Of a DNA stretch of 64,000 nt, positions 8,861 through 17,768 are shown one piece after another. The stretch lies in assembly GCA_964598125.1 (NCBI GenBank), contig CAZRAG010000001.1, positions 8,810 to 72,809 on the forward strand, read 5' to 3'. Under the pieces are notes generated by a model, which was given only the letters and a program-made list of their open reading frames with translations, was not told where the DNA came from and ran no database searches. Numbering within the stretch: position 1 is the first letter of the stretch; the number at the start of each line of letters is the position of its first letter. Position numbers and translations under genes: made by a program. Source of the stretch: an uncultured Pseudomonadales bacterium. Its GTDB lineage: Bacteria > Patescibacteriota > Microgenomatia > UBA1400 > UBA1396.

Positions 8861-9189
8861 AATTCAGAATATTTCTTGGCACTGCCACGGGCTTTTTCAA
8901 CTGGGTATTTTTGGGCGTTGTGCTCAATTTTTTGGAGAGCTGCTGCCTCAATGTCTATGCCTGCATCATGGGCGAGGAGGAGCACCCAGTTGTACACATC
9001 AGCCAGCTCATTACTAAGCGCTTCTTTTTGAGATTGAGTGAGACTTTCCTCTGTTGAGTGCCACTGAAATATTTCGAGAACTTCAGCTGCTTCTAAAACA
9101 AGTGACTGAGCGAGATTTTGCGGGCGGTGGTATTGTTTCCAGTCACGTTCCTCGCGGAAAGCGAGAAGTTTTTTGAGTACAGCATTCAT
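8857..9189 (-). CDS. MazG-like nucleoside triphosphate pyrophosphohydrolase (single domain)
   Basis: 110 aa carrying the MazG EExxE...ExxD pattern (LEAAEVLEIFQW ... ELADVYNWVLLLAHDAGIDIE). It is translationally coupled upstream of the DUF2075 gene. Confidence 0.75.
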   Translation of the reverse strand: MNAVLKKLLAFREERDWKQYHRPQNLAQSLVLEAAEVLEIFQWHSTEESLTQSQKEALSNELADVYNWVLLLAHDAGIDIEAAALQKIEHNAQKYPVEKARGSAKKYSEL

Positions 9190-9489
9190 AGGGTTATGAT
9201 ACCTCTTTTATTTGAATAGTTAAGAAACTGAGAAATTCTTAGAACAAAATCTTTCTAGTCTACTTATTGTCGTCAGCTTTTTTTGAAAAATAACTTTTAT
9301 CACCCTGAATAGCATCATCCTATAACATTTACTTTCTCCTTCATCTCTAATATAATCCCTCCGCCTAATCGTTACACCATTCAATTTTTGGTGCAAACGA
9401 TAAAGCAGCTCATGAACAGGTGAAAGTTTTTTAGCACAGGTTCGCGGGTAAAAACCTATCAGACGCTTTAGTTCCCTTGGAGGATACAA

Positions 9490-11079
9490 ATGTTGCGTCA
9501 AATCTTGTTCGTGCTTGTTGTCCTTTCCATTGTGATGACAGCTTGCGGGGGTGACGCCCAGCAGCCAGTCATTGTTGAAGATACCGCCCAGCCCATTCAG
9601 CCTTCGGTTGAAAATGTGGCCATTCAACCCACTGCTCAGAGTCAGAGCGCGACCTCACCAACTTGTCAAAACGAACCCCGTATTGGCATGCGCTTCGTTT
9701 GGAACGAGCTCCAACTCGCTTCCAATATTGGAGTTCGCGCTTGGCCTACCGCTGAAACCGCCCTAATGAATCTTGATTCCGGCTATGTTGAAATTGCCGG
9801 AGAAATGATTCAGCAGAGCGGTTCAATTGATACACTTGCGTGGGATTTTCCATCAGCCATCATGGCGACCGATTTTACCCACCTCTATCAAGTCATTGAT
9901 GGGCCGGTGTGTAATGGCTCGCAGTGCGCTTGGCTTGTGACCTTGCTCAACGGAGAAATCGGTTGGACGCTGTGGAACAACGATTTTTGCGAGTGGGAAT
10001 ACAGCCAAGTTCCTAATTGGAAAGCTGGTGACTCACTGGTCGTTCAAGCGAATCCGTTCAACAATCTGCCGATTTTCTTTGGCGATCCAGTTCCTGGAAC
10101 ACCCGTCGATACTCTCCCAAACGGCACCATTGTTTCGGTTATTCAAGGGCCAGTTATTAATGGCCAGTGGTACAGTCAATGGTTTGACCTTCAGTCTGTG
10201 ATTGCTCCAGGCCCAAATGCCCACGGCTATCGCTGGTGGCTCGTACGCTTGGAAAATGGAAGTCAGGGATACGTTCCCGAAGGACTTCCCATGGACAATC
10301 CCTGGCTGGCAAACTCAGCCGTCCCACAGCAATTTGTTGGCGCGGATGAGCCGTGGAGTATTACCTACCTGCGTGTTCCCGCTCCCGTCGCTTTGGACAG
10401 CATAGCCGTTTATGAGCAGCCAATCGATGGAAGCTCAGTTCTCGGCTACCTAGAGCCACTTCGTTACTATGAGTACGTGGCAACCCAACAGTCTTCCAAC
10501 TGGCTGCAGGTTCGCAATCCCTACGGCCTCAATGGCTGGATTGACCTACGTCAGTCACGCAATCTGATCAGAGTAGGCAATCTCCAACAAAGCACTCTCG
10601 CAGAGCTGCCCGTTGATCAGATCATCGAGCAAGCAAGCGTCGCAACGATCACAACGGTTGCAGATCTGGAGCCAGAACAACTGCAAGCTCTGCAAACAAT
10701 CCTCAACCAAGAACAATTGCAACTAGTTGTTCCAATGACAGAAGCGGTGGGAGTAATTGTCCAATACTTCCGAACAGGAAAGGCAGGATCTCTTACAGAT
10801 GCCGTGTGTCTTCCGGTTTCAATTCTGACCGGAGAATCACTTAGCACCCAAACCGCTGATAGCATTTGCCTATTTATAGGTCTAGGCAGTGCAAATCCCT
10901 ATTTTGCTTGGGCTTCTATTACCGCTGACCCATCACGTTACATCGACTCCTGGTATATTCCTTTGCAAACCCAAATCTTGGATCGTACTTCCGGCTCCTG
11001 CCTATTTGCCAAGTACTTTGTACCAGGCGGAGGCGGGGAGCGCTGTGAAGGTATGAACCAATACGATATCTGGGATTAA
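9490..11079 (+). CDS. Secreted lipoprotein, hypothetical
   Basis: 529 aa. N-terminus MLRQILFVLVVLSIVMTACGG is a lipobox-type signal peptide. SD ggagg lies 7 nt upstream. GC is higher than in neighbouring genes, and the protein is Trp-rich. Confidence 0.6.
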   Translation: MLRQILFVLVVLSIVMTACGGDAQQPVIVEDTAQPIQPSVENVAIQPTAQSQSATSPTCQNEPRIGMRFVWNELQLASNIGVRAWPTAETALMNLDSGYVEIAGEMIQQSGSIDTLAWDFPSAIMATDFTHLYQVIDGPVCNGSQCAWLVTLLNGEIGWTLWNNDFCEWEYSQVPNWKAGDSLVVQANPFNNLPIFFGDPVPGTPVDTLPNGTIVSVIQGPVINGQWYSQWFDLQSVIAPGPNAHGYRWWLVRLENGSQGYVPEGLPMDNPWLANSAVPQQFVGADEPWSITYLRVPAPVALDSIAVYEQPIDGSSVLGYLEPLRYYEYVATQQSSNWLQVRNPYGLNGWIDLRQSRNLIRVGNLQQSTLAELPVDQIIEQASVATITTVADLEPEQLQALQTILNQEQLQLVVPMTEAVGVIVQYFRTGKAGSLTDAVCLPVSILTGESLSTQTADSICLFIGLGSANPYFAWASITADPSRYIDSWYIPLQTQILDRTSGSCLFAKYFVPGGGGERCEGMNQYDIWD

Positions 11080-11100
11080 CTTTCCACCTGTTCCAACTAA

Positions 11101-11122
11101 GTGGCCCTCTTCGGAGGGCCAC
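11101..11122 (+). terminator. Stem-loop after the lipoprotein gene, with no U-tract
   Basis: gtggccctc-ttcg-gagggccac is a perfect 9-bp stem with a tetraloop. No T-run follows, so it may not be a classical intrinsic terminator. Confidence 0.3.
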
Positions 11123-11138
11123 CAAACTTAAATGTAAT

Positions 11139-11477
11139 TCATTTTCCCAAATATGCTCTCAGAATAAGTACGAGTACAACAATTGGAACCGCTATGGAAC
11201 TCCAAAGTTGTTTCCCTGTTATGTTATATGAAGAAATTGGCGATATTTTTCCAGTAGAGAAAAAGCTTCCTACAAAACCTATGGGTGGTAGAAGGTAAAC
11301 AAGAGCAGTGTATGGTAGCAAATAGCTCATAATTCCAACTGATCCAAGATAGATCCATAGAGAAATTCCTTGCAGATTAAAGTAGTTTTTCTGCACTTGA
11401 AATTTAATGGTAAACAACAATAAGAAAACGAAAAGATAGAGTGACTGCAGAGGGGTCATGTATTGATTATAGTTCAA
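11139..11477 (-). CDS. Small polytopic membrane protein
   Basis: 112 aa with about 3 hydrophobic helices. Confidence 0.4.
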   Translation of the reverse strand: MNYNQYMTPLQSLYLFVFLLLFTIKFQVQKNYFNLQGISLWIYLGSVGIMSYLLPYTALVYLLPPIGFVGSFFSTGKISPISSYNITGKQLWSSIAVPIVVLVLILRAYLGK

Positions 11478-11707
11478 AGCAGTGACAACGAAAATGCGTT
11501 CAAAAATTTCCAGCCGTCATCTCAAACTTTCAACTCGTTCAATCTTCAGGCCGCTAAGAAATTATTGGAATAACAGCCCACAAAATGTACTCCTGTTGAA
11601 CCACTAAAGCTAGTCCTATGCCAGCAATTCCATAACCCCACAACGGCCACCCAGTTAATTGAATCCTTCGCATATCTGCATTTTAGCAGTAAACAAATAC
11701 TGTGATA

Positions 11708-11748
11708 CCCACCCCCTGGTTCGAGTACCAACCATCCGGGGAGCATCC
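11708..11748. repeat. Islet right-end arm plus att-core-like fragment (distal boundary of the island array)
   Basis: cccaccccctggttcgagtaccaaccatccggggagcat is about 80% identical to 4125-4164, which directly precedes direct repeat copy 2. Confidence 0.5.
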
Positions 11749-11811
11749 TTTTCCGATATGAAGTGATCTGCATAAAATGGCTGGAAGTTTTCTTATGTTA
11801 CACTCAGATCT

Positions 11812-12438
11812 ATGAATAAATTTCTTGCTACAAGAGATATTTATAACAAATTCGCTTCCCAATTTGCCGACAAACTCGACAAAATTCCCGAAACAACCCA
11901 ACTCGATGAATTTATAGCAATGCTACCTCCTCAAGCCACGGTCCTTGATCTAGGTTGTGGAGCGGGGCGAGACTCAGAATACCTGCACCAAAAGGGATTG
12001 CAGGTTATTGCCGTCGATCTTTCCGAAAACCTCATCGCCGAGGCAAAAAAGAGAAGACCACAAATAGATTTTCGCGTGATGGATATGGAAAATCTGGATT
12101 TTCCTCGTGAGACCTTTGATGGCATCTGGTCAAAACTCACTATTATCCACGTTGCGAGAGAGACGCTTCCAATGATTCTCGCAGACATTTATAAACTCTT
12201 AAAACCTGGTGGTGTCTTGATGATTGAAACGAAAGCTGGGGAGGGGGAGGGCTTTGAGCCAGTGAGTTTCAAAAATGATGAGCAACGGTACTTTGTTTAC
12301 TATGAGTTAGAGGAACTTATTCAACTCTTTCGGGACGCTGGATTTGAGAATGTCCAAGGCTACGAATACTCCGTCAAGAACGAACATGCCACCAAGAAAA
12401 AGGAACGAGTCGTTGTGAGTGGTCAAAAAGCAGCCTGA
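11812..12438 (+). CDS. Class I SAM-dependent methyltransferase
   Basis: Motif I VLDLGCGAGRDSEYL, followed by an acidic motif II (VAVDLSE). Confidence 0.75.
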   Translation: MNKFLATRDIYNKFASQFADKLDKIPETTQLDEFIAMLPPQATVLDLGCGAGRDSEYLHQKGLQVIAVDLSENLIAEAKKRRPQIDFRVMDMENLDFPRETFDGIWSKLTIIHVARETLPMILADIYKLLKPGGVLMIETKAGEGEGFEPVSFKNDEQRYFVYYELEELIQLFRDAGFENVQGYEYSVKNEHATKKKERVVVSGQKAA

Positions 12439-12508
12439 GTTCCACCTCAGAACAACAAAAGCCTTTGCTCTCCTTGCGCCCTTCTTACTAACTGCTAAAA
12501 TCGTTGTC

Positions 12509-13522
12509 ATGTCCACCCATCCGGACTCGCAACCCGTTGCCCTTAAATCGTTAAACATAGCTATTTTGTACTCCGACGCTAAACGTGAGTATTTTCAAAC
12601 CGAAGAACACTACTTAACTGAGGCTGAGGTTTTTCACCGGGCCCAAACCATTGCTAAGCAACTCGAAAAAGATGGCCACCATTGTTTCTTACTCCCAGGC
12701 AATCAAGATCTCGCTGAAAATCTCAAAGAGTGCAAGCCAGACATGGCCCTGAACTTAGTTGATTCTGTGTATGGTAAAGAGTTCTTGAGTGGTTCTATAC
12801 CTGGACTTTTGGAACTTCTTCAAATTCCGTACACGGGTTCCGGAATCCTTGGACAATCCATTAACAGTAACAAATACTTAACCAAGTCACTCATGAGGCA
12901 ATATGGAATAACCACACCAAAATTCCAGTTGGTTACTTCGGCCAATGATGAAATTGATCACCTCCTTGATTATCCCCTGATTGCTAAACTCAATGAGGTC
13001 CACGGTTCTTTAGAAATAAGCCGAGATTCTATTTGTTTTGATGAAAAGTCGCTCAAACAGGTTCTGAAACGCTTGTTTGCTACCTATGATCAACCCGTTC
13101 TCATTGAGGAGTTTATTGCAGGCAAAGAAATCACGGCAATTGTGGCCGAAGGAGGAGTAACCAAAATCTATGCCGGTGAAAGGCATTTTCTCAAACGCTC
13201 AGCATCGCCTTTTGAACAGATTGCCGCCTATGAAGATGTTTGGAGTGATGAACAAACAGTGGGCTATGATAAGTACGAACTGCCACTGACCGTAAAGGAA
13301 ATGATCAAGCTCACCTACAGCATTCTTCGCTTGGAAGATTATGCCCGCTTTGATATGCGGCTCGATCAGTCTGGTAGGCACTATATTATTGATGCCAACA
13401 GCAACCCCGCTTTAGGGTTAAGAAATGACACCGCTATTGGCACTCTGCTTGATTTATATGGCATTTCAATCTCAACGTTTATGGAAAGGTTACTACGCAA
13501 CACGCTGTATCCCAATCAATAA
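12509..13522 (+). CDS. ATP-grasp domain protein, D-Ala-D-Ala ligase-like
   Basis: The ATP-grasp fold pattern runs from IAILYSDAKRE through PLIAKLNEVHGSLEIS to IEEFIAGKEITAIV. The listed ORF starts at 12419 with a 20-nt overlap on the methyltransferase; the ATG at 12509 is used here. Confidence 0.6.
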   Translation: MSTHPDSQPVALKSLNIAILYSDAKREYFQTEEHYLTEAEVFHRAQTIAKQLEKDGHHCFLLPGNQDLAENLKECKPDMALNLVDSVYGKEFLSGSIPGLLELLQIPYTGSGILGQSINSNKYLTKSLMRQYGITTPKFQLVTSANDEIDHLLDYPLIAKLNEVHGSLEISRDSICFDEKSLKQVLKRLFATYDQPVLIEEFIAGKEITAIVAEGGVTKIYAGERHFLKRSASPFEQIAAYEDVWSDEQTVGYDKYELPLTVKEMIKLTYSILRLEDYARFDMRLDQSGRHYIIDANSNPALGLRNDTAIGTLLDLYGISISTFMERLLRNTLYPNQ

Positions 13523-13539
13523 AACCAGCTTTTAGCTTA

Positions 13540-14253
13540 GTGGAAATTGAGGATGTCTGTTTGCGAGATGCACGCTGGGTGGAACTTTCCCTTGCGAATG
13601 CATCACCTTCAGACATAAAACCTATGTATAAGGAAGCACGGGCATTTGCCCGAACACAGTCTGCCCAAAAAATAGAGTCAACAATGAGTGTGGCCAGCAT
13701 GGAGAAATGGGAGAAACCGCTCAAAGATTTGGGGTTCCGTAATGGTCTGGTTGAACTTCGCAAGCCCATACCACAAGGACTTAACCCAGGCACTTTACAA
13801 GGAGAAAGTACCATCATTCTTCAAAACACCGTTAAATCAGATCAATTGCGACCCATACTGGAACAGCAGGCGCTCGTTCATTATGAATTAGAACCCAATT
13901 ATTATTTAGCGCCTAGTGAAATTAATTGGTCCTCATTACTTGCCGAACTAGAGCAGGAAAGACTCAATCCAGACGGAATTCAGTTGGTCGCCCTCACTGA
14001 TCAACAAGTATCCGGTCTCTTGTGGGGCGAAATTATTCGCGACGTTTTACATCTTTGGGATGCAGTTGTGGATCAATCCCTACGATCACAAGGCATTGGA
14101 ACCGCTTTGATGAATCAATGTTTTATGATTGCTCAAAAAAGAAATGTCCCTCTCCAACTTGAAACTTGGAGAACTCAGCGTTCATTTCAGTGGTATCAAA
14201 AGCTTGGATTCTCTGTCACTCACCAGTCCTTTTATCAAAGGATATCGCCCTAA
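13540..14253 (+). CDS. GNAT-family N-acetyltransferase
   Basis: C-terminal acetyl-CoA-binding motif VVDQSLRSQGIGTALMNQCFMIAQK. Third gene in the same-strand operon. Confidence 0.6.
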   Translation: MEIEDVCLRDARWVELSLANASPSDIKPMYKEARAFARTQSAQKIESTMSVASMEKWEKPLKDLGFRNGLVELRKPIPQGLNPGTLQGESTIILQNTVKSDQLRPILEQQALVHYELEPNYYLAPSEINWSSLLAELEQERLNPDGIQLVALTDQQVSGLLWGEIIRDVLHLWDAVVDQSLRSQGIGTALMNQCFMIAQKRNVPLQLETWRTQRSFQWYQKLGFSVTHQSFYQRISP

Positions 14254-14463
14254 GAAAAAGTGACCAACTCAATCTTTCTATAACCACTTTCTCTTGGTTA
14301 GTAATCTAAACTTATAACACAACATAATATCCTATAACAATTGTTTTCTTCATATTTTCCTCTATAATATCCTTCTTGCCTCTTTGTCCTGACGACATTT
14401 GGGGCGATCCTGAACATCAGTACTACGTTTTTATTTTCCTTTGTGTCACTGGAGGCACACAAT

Positions 14464-15246
14464 ATGGCAAGAATCGAAAACCCGTACGTAGGAGACCTCC
14501 ATCGGGGTCTCGAATTGGCACATTTATTGTGCACCGCCGTTCAGCAACACGCATTTGTGACCATCCTAAAGGGAGGGCGCAGCTACTTCCTGTCTGTAGG
14601 CGGCTGGGCCGGTGATAACCCACCACTGGACTCGCGCGCACCTTATGCATCAGGGGCTAAGGCACTGGAACTCTTGTGGAAGGGAGCACCGCGTCCTGGA
14701 CAACTGCTCTGCACCCCAACCGATCTGAGCCTGAGCTTGGGCTGGAAGGGCGGAGTGCGAAATACGGACTATATCGTGGGCGTCTCCAAGTGGGCAGAGG
14801 AACACGATCTCCTGCTGGCCCTTATCGTCCTGTACGGACTCCAACAGGAGGTTCGCCTCCATCATGTTGGGTTCCGTTATGCGTCCATTGACGCCTACTT
14901 CGCGGCTTCCAAGCTCTTAGGTGCGGGCGTTGACGTGCCGGCCAAAGATCACCTCCGGAGATACCACCGTGTTGAATCAAGCTTGACGCCAAACGGGGAA
15001 TACTGGCAAGAAATCCAGTTCTTTCCCCAGGGGCCGCACACCAGGGCCGTCCATTGGGACATCGCTACCAGCGATCCCATTGGACTGCTGATGCACGTCG
15101 CCAACGCCTTTGGCACCCAACCGTCTTTCTTTGCCGATGCCGGGAAATACGATCCGGTCGGCGTGGTCTGGATTGAAGGCGGGGACGGAAAAATCATGGG
15201 TCTTATGACCCGAGACCGCTGGAGCGATCCGGCAACCTGGCAATAA
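14464..15246 (+). CDS. Hypothetical protein; high-GC orphan gene
   Basis: ATG at 14464 has SD ggagg 8 nt upstream; the listed ORF starts at an upstream GTG. GC is clearly above that of its surroundings. A candidate promoter (ttgttt-16-tataat) lies about 14340-14368. A terminator follows the gene. Confidence 0.5.
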   Translation: MARIENPYVGDLHRGLELAHLLCTAVQQHAFVTILKGGRSYFLSVGGWAGDNPPLDSRAPYASGAKALELLWKGAPRPGQLLCTPTDLSLSLGWKGGVRNTDYIVGVSKWAEEHDLLLALIVLYGLQQEVRLHHVGFRYASIDAYFAASKLLGAGVDVPAKDHLRRYHRVESSLTPNGEYWQEIQFFPQGPHTRAVHWDIATSDPIGLLMHVANAFGTQPSFFADAGKYDPVGVVWIEGGDGKIMGLMTRDRWSDPATWQ

Positions 15247-15269
15247 TCGCGCAGTACTGATTGTGTTAT

Positions 15270-15307
15270 GGGCGCTCCTCTCAAAGGGAGCGCCCGCGTT
15301 CGTTTCA
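15270..15307 (+). terminator. Intrinsic terminator-like hairpin; member of a conserved pair
   Basis: gggcgctcc-tctcaaa-ggagcgccc followed by gcgttcgttt. The same 3' flank (agcgcccgcgttcgttt) recurs at 17785-17805. Confidence 0.5.
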
Positions 15308-15410
15308 ATGTACCTTTTCCTCATTAACCAGGGAAATCTTATTCTTACCCACTTCTTGCAAAAACCTTAATGTTCATTGCCTTTGATTCTCTAAACTTCC
15401 TTTATCAATA

Positions 15411-15824
15411 ATGGATAACAAGGAGGTTTTCGTGCCCAAATATGTCGATGGATTTGTTTTAGTTGTCCCAAAAGACAAAACTGAAGAATATAAGAAAATG
15501 GCTGAGGATGGCCGTGATTCGTGGATGAAGCATGGCGCGCTGGCCTACTATGAATGCCGTGGAGATGACCTTATCCCTCAAGAAATGGGTGGTGAAAAAG
15601 CCCGAGCCTTCCCAGAAATGGCTGGTGCGACCAATGATGAAACCGTGTGGTTTTCATTCGTTGTTTTTGAGTCCAAAGAGCATCGGGACCAAGTAAATGC
15701 CAAAGTCATGGCAGAAATGGGAGAAAAAGCATCCGAGTACAAGGACTTCCAAATGCCTTTTGACATGAAAAAAATGGCCTACGGTGGCTTTCGAGTTGAA
15801 GTTGAAGGGGAGAATACAGAATAA
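15411..15824 (+). CDS. DUF1428-family protein
   Basis: 137 aa. N-terminus VPKYVDGFVLVVPKDKTEEYKKMAE matches the conserved start of DUF1428 (YbaA-like) proteins. Confidence 0.55.
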   Translation: MDNKEVFVPKYVDGFVLVVPKDKTEEYKKMAEDGRDSWMKHGALAYYECRGDDLIPQEMGGEKARAFPEMAGATNDETVWFSFVVFESKEHRDQVNAKVMAEMGEKASEYKDFQMPFDMKKMAYGGFRVEVEGENTE

Positions 15825-15854
15825 TTCTCTCTTCATGGTTTCCCCACTGTTACA

Positions 15855-16493
15855 ATGAGAAGTATGGATAAAGAGCGAGCAAAAGAACTGAATAAACTGA
15901 ATATTCGAAGAGCAATCGCTGAAGTAAGTGCTTCCACCCGACCTGTGAGTACCGTACAGCTTGAGATTCAAACGCAAAAACTCCATAAATCATCGGTCAG
16001 CCGAGTAGTAATTGATCATGCAACCGCTGCACGACTTGAAGACAATTCCTTAAGACTTCAAAATGCTGACTTAGGAGTGCGTTTTTCCTTACATGATAGA
16101 AATGAACAACCAGCAATTTCGGCGGAACCTCAACTTGGCAAACAAGAATTGGCTTTTCTCCAAATGTATCTGCGCTATGATGCTAAAAAACAGCAAGTGA
16201 TCGTTACTTCAAATGTAGAAGTTGCCGATAATTACCAAGGTGAAGATTGCCAAGGATACGGTCTTGGTTCTGCCTTTATGCCCAAGCCAGGGTACGATAT
16301 GAGAGAAGAAGCCATTCGAGCGGTTGTTGCGACCCATTATCCAGAAGCGACCAGCATCGTGCTTTCCTTAAAAGACTTTGCTCACGGAAAGGCCGGAAAA
16401 GATCGTCAGCAATGGACCAGTAACTTAGCGGAACAGGCTGGCTATGAGAGTGTGCAGGGACATCTCATCAAAACTATTCACCTCGCAGACTAA
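15855..16493 (+). CDS. Hypothetical protein
   Basis: 212-aa ORF with no recognisable motif. Confidence 0.45.
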   Translation: MRSMDKERAKELNKLNIRRAIAEVSASTRPVSTVQLEIQTQKLHKSSVSRVVIDHATAARLEDNSLRLQNADLGVRFSLHDRNEQPAISAEPQLGKQELAFLQMYLRYDAKKQQVIVTSNVEVADNYQGEDCQGYGLGSAFMPKPGYDMREEAIRAVVATHYPEATSIVLSLKDFAHGKAGKDRQQWTSNLAEQAGYESVQGHLIKTIHLAD

Positions 16494-16506
16494 ATTACTC
16501 CGTTAC

Positions 16507-16722
16507 TTATGGGAAAATATCCTGCTTATACTCCAAAATATCTCCTGGCTGGCACTCCAAGGCCTGGCAAATTGCCTCAAGCGTAGAGAACCGAATCGCT
16601 TTGGCTTTACCGGTTTTTAAAACAGAAAGATTGGCGAGAGTGATTCCAACTTTTTCCGACAGTTGCGTCAAACTCATCTTGCGCTTGGCGAGTAAAACGT
16701 CAATGTTAATAAGAATTGCCAT
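16507..16722 (-). CDS. XRE/Cro-type helix-turn-helix transcriptional regulator (YozG-like)
   Basis: 71 aa with HTH MSLTQLSEKVGITLANLSVLKTGKAKAIRFSTLEAICQALECQPGDIL. Shows the classic pairing with an upstream DUF2975 membrane protein. Confidence 0.75.
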   Translation of the reverse strand: MAILINIDVLLAKRKMSLTQLSEKVGITLANLSVLKTGKAKAIRFSTLEAICQALECQPGDILEYKQDIFP

Positions 16723-16731
16723 ACATGTTCC

Positions 16732-17214
16732 TTAGACCGTTAAGTCATTCTCCGATTTAAGATTAACTGCACTCTGTAAAAGTGTTTGAAAAATGCCAGC
16801 AGCCGTGGCAACAACACTTGCCGCCAAAATAATGAGCAGCCCCAGCAAAACCACTCCTGGCGCGTCATCTTGTTCGCCAAAAATCATGATTTTGGGTAAA
16901 GCCAAGAGCATAAATCCTACACTGGCTACAAAACAGAACTTAATAGTACGCAAGGTGTTGACCGCTGCTTGGGAAAAAACTTTATTATGCTCAATATAAC
17001 CAAGGAGTTTCACTGCTTGATACAAGGCGGTAAAAAAAGGCAGAGAAGCTACATACATGTAAAGAATGACCGGATCGGCATAAATGTGAAAGAGATCGAG
17101 ATTGGCGGCTCTGCCTTCTGTTTGGGGAAACCAGATGAGAGCGAGCAAGTAGACAATACCGATAAGTAAAATAATAAATTTCAAAAAGAGTGTTGAATGG
17201 TGTTTGATTCTCAT
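16732..17214 (-). CDS. DUF2975-family membrane protein
   Basis: Start ATG at 17214 with SD ggagg 4-5 nt upstream. Four TM helices. Genomic partner of the YozG-like HTH gene. Confidence 0.6.
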   Translation of the reverse strand: MRIKHHSTLFLKFIILLIGIVYLLALIWFPQTEGRAANLDLFHIYADPVILYMYVASLPFFTALYQAVKLLGYIEHNKVFSQAAVNTLRTIKFCFVASVGFMLLALPKIMIFGEQDDAPGVVLLGLLIILAASVVATAAGIFQTLLQSAVNLKSENDLTV

Positions 17215-17401
17215 ATTCCTCCATTTGGTAATTGTTGGTATGATAGTCAATTATTTATTGTTTGTCAATATATTGTTATCGCTATTCGATATATTTTTAA
17301 TATACTCATTACTCCTTTTAATCCTATAGCATTCCATTTATGACTCTTTCTGATATACTTCACCCCGTGAGGGCACTTCATCACGGAAAAGTGCTTTTGT
17401 C

Positions 17402-17743
17402 ATGAAGAACTCTCACGTGTTCTTGAATTTGTGGCCATTAACCGAGAGGAAAATCCCTATGTGGTCAAGCAATACAGGTCGCTTCGGCGACGAAGAAATG
17501 ATCTTGATGGAAACAACCGATGCGTCGGAATTGATAGGTCTCATCCTCAACTCCGACCCACTGGTGGCGCTCCGCGTTTTGGCTGAAATCATGCTCAACG
17601 AGGATTTCGAAAAACTCGATGAGCTGCTGCGTGATGCTGAAGTCAACGAGCACTGGCAAAAGTATCCAGGAGACTCCGAAATTGACATTCGGGATCTCAT
17701 CTACGCCACAAGGCTGCGTGAACGACTGGAATCTCTTTCGTGA
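17402..17743 (+). CDS. Hypothetical protein
   Basis: 113-aa ORF. The start could be the internal ATG at 17459 (gagg SD). A terminator follows. Confidence 0.4.
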   Translation: MKNSHVFLNLWPLTERKIPMWSSNTGRFGDEEMILMETTDASELIGLILNSDPLVALRVLAEIMLNEDFEKLDELLRDAEVNEHWQKYPGDSEIDIRDLIYATRLRERLESLS

Positions 17744-17768
17744 CACGTCCCGCAATTCAAGTTTGGAA

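Noticed and set aside
9220-9627. 135-aa minus-strand ORF in the intergenic region upstream of the MazG-like gene
   Set aside because: AT-rich promoter region with no SD. It overlaps the start of the lipoprotein gene.
11546-11901. Two minus-strand ORFs (75 and 72 aa) spanning the att-like fragment
   Set aside because: They overlap the att-like arm and core at 11708-11748. No SD or protein-like features, and they overlap each other.
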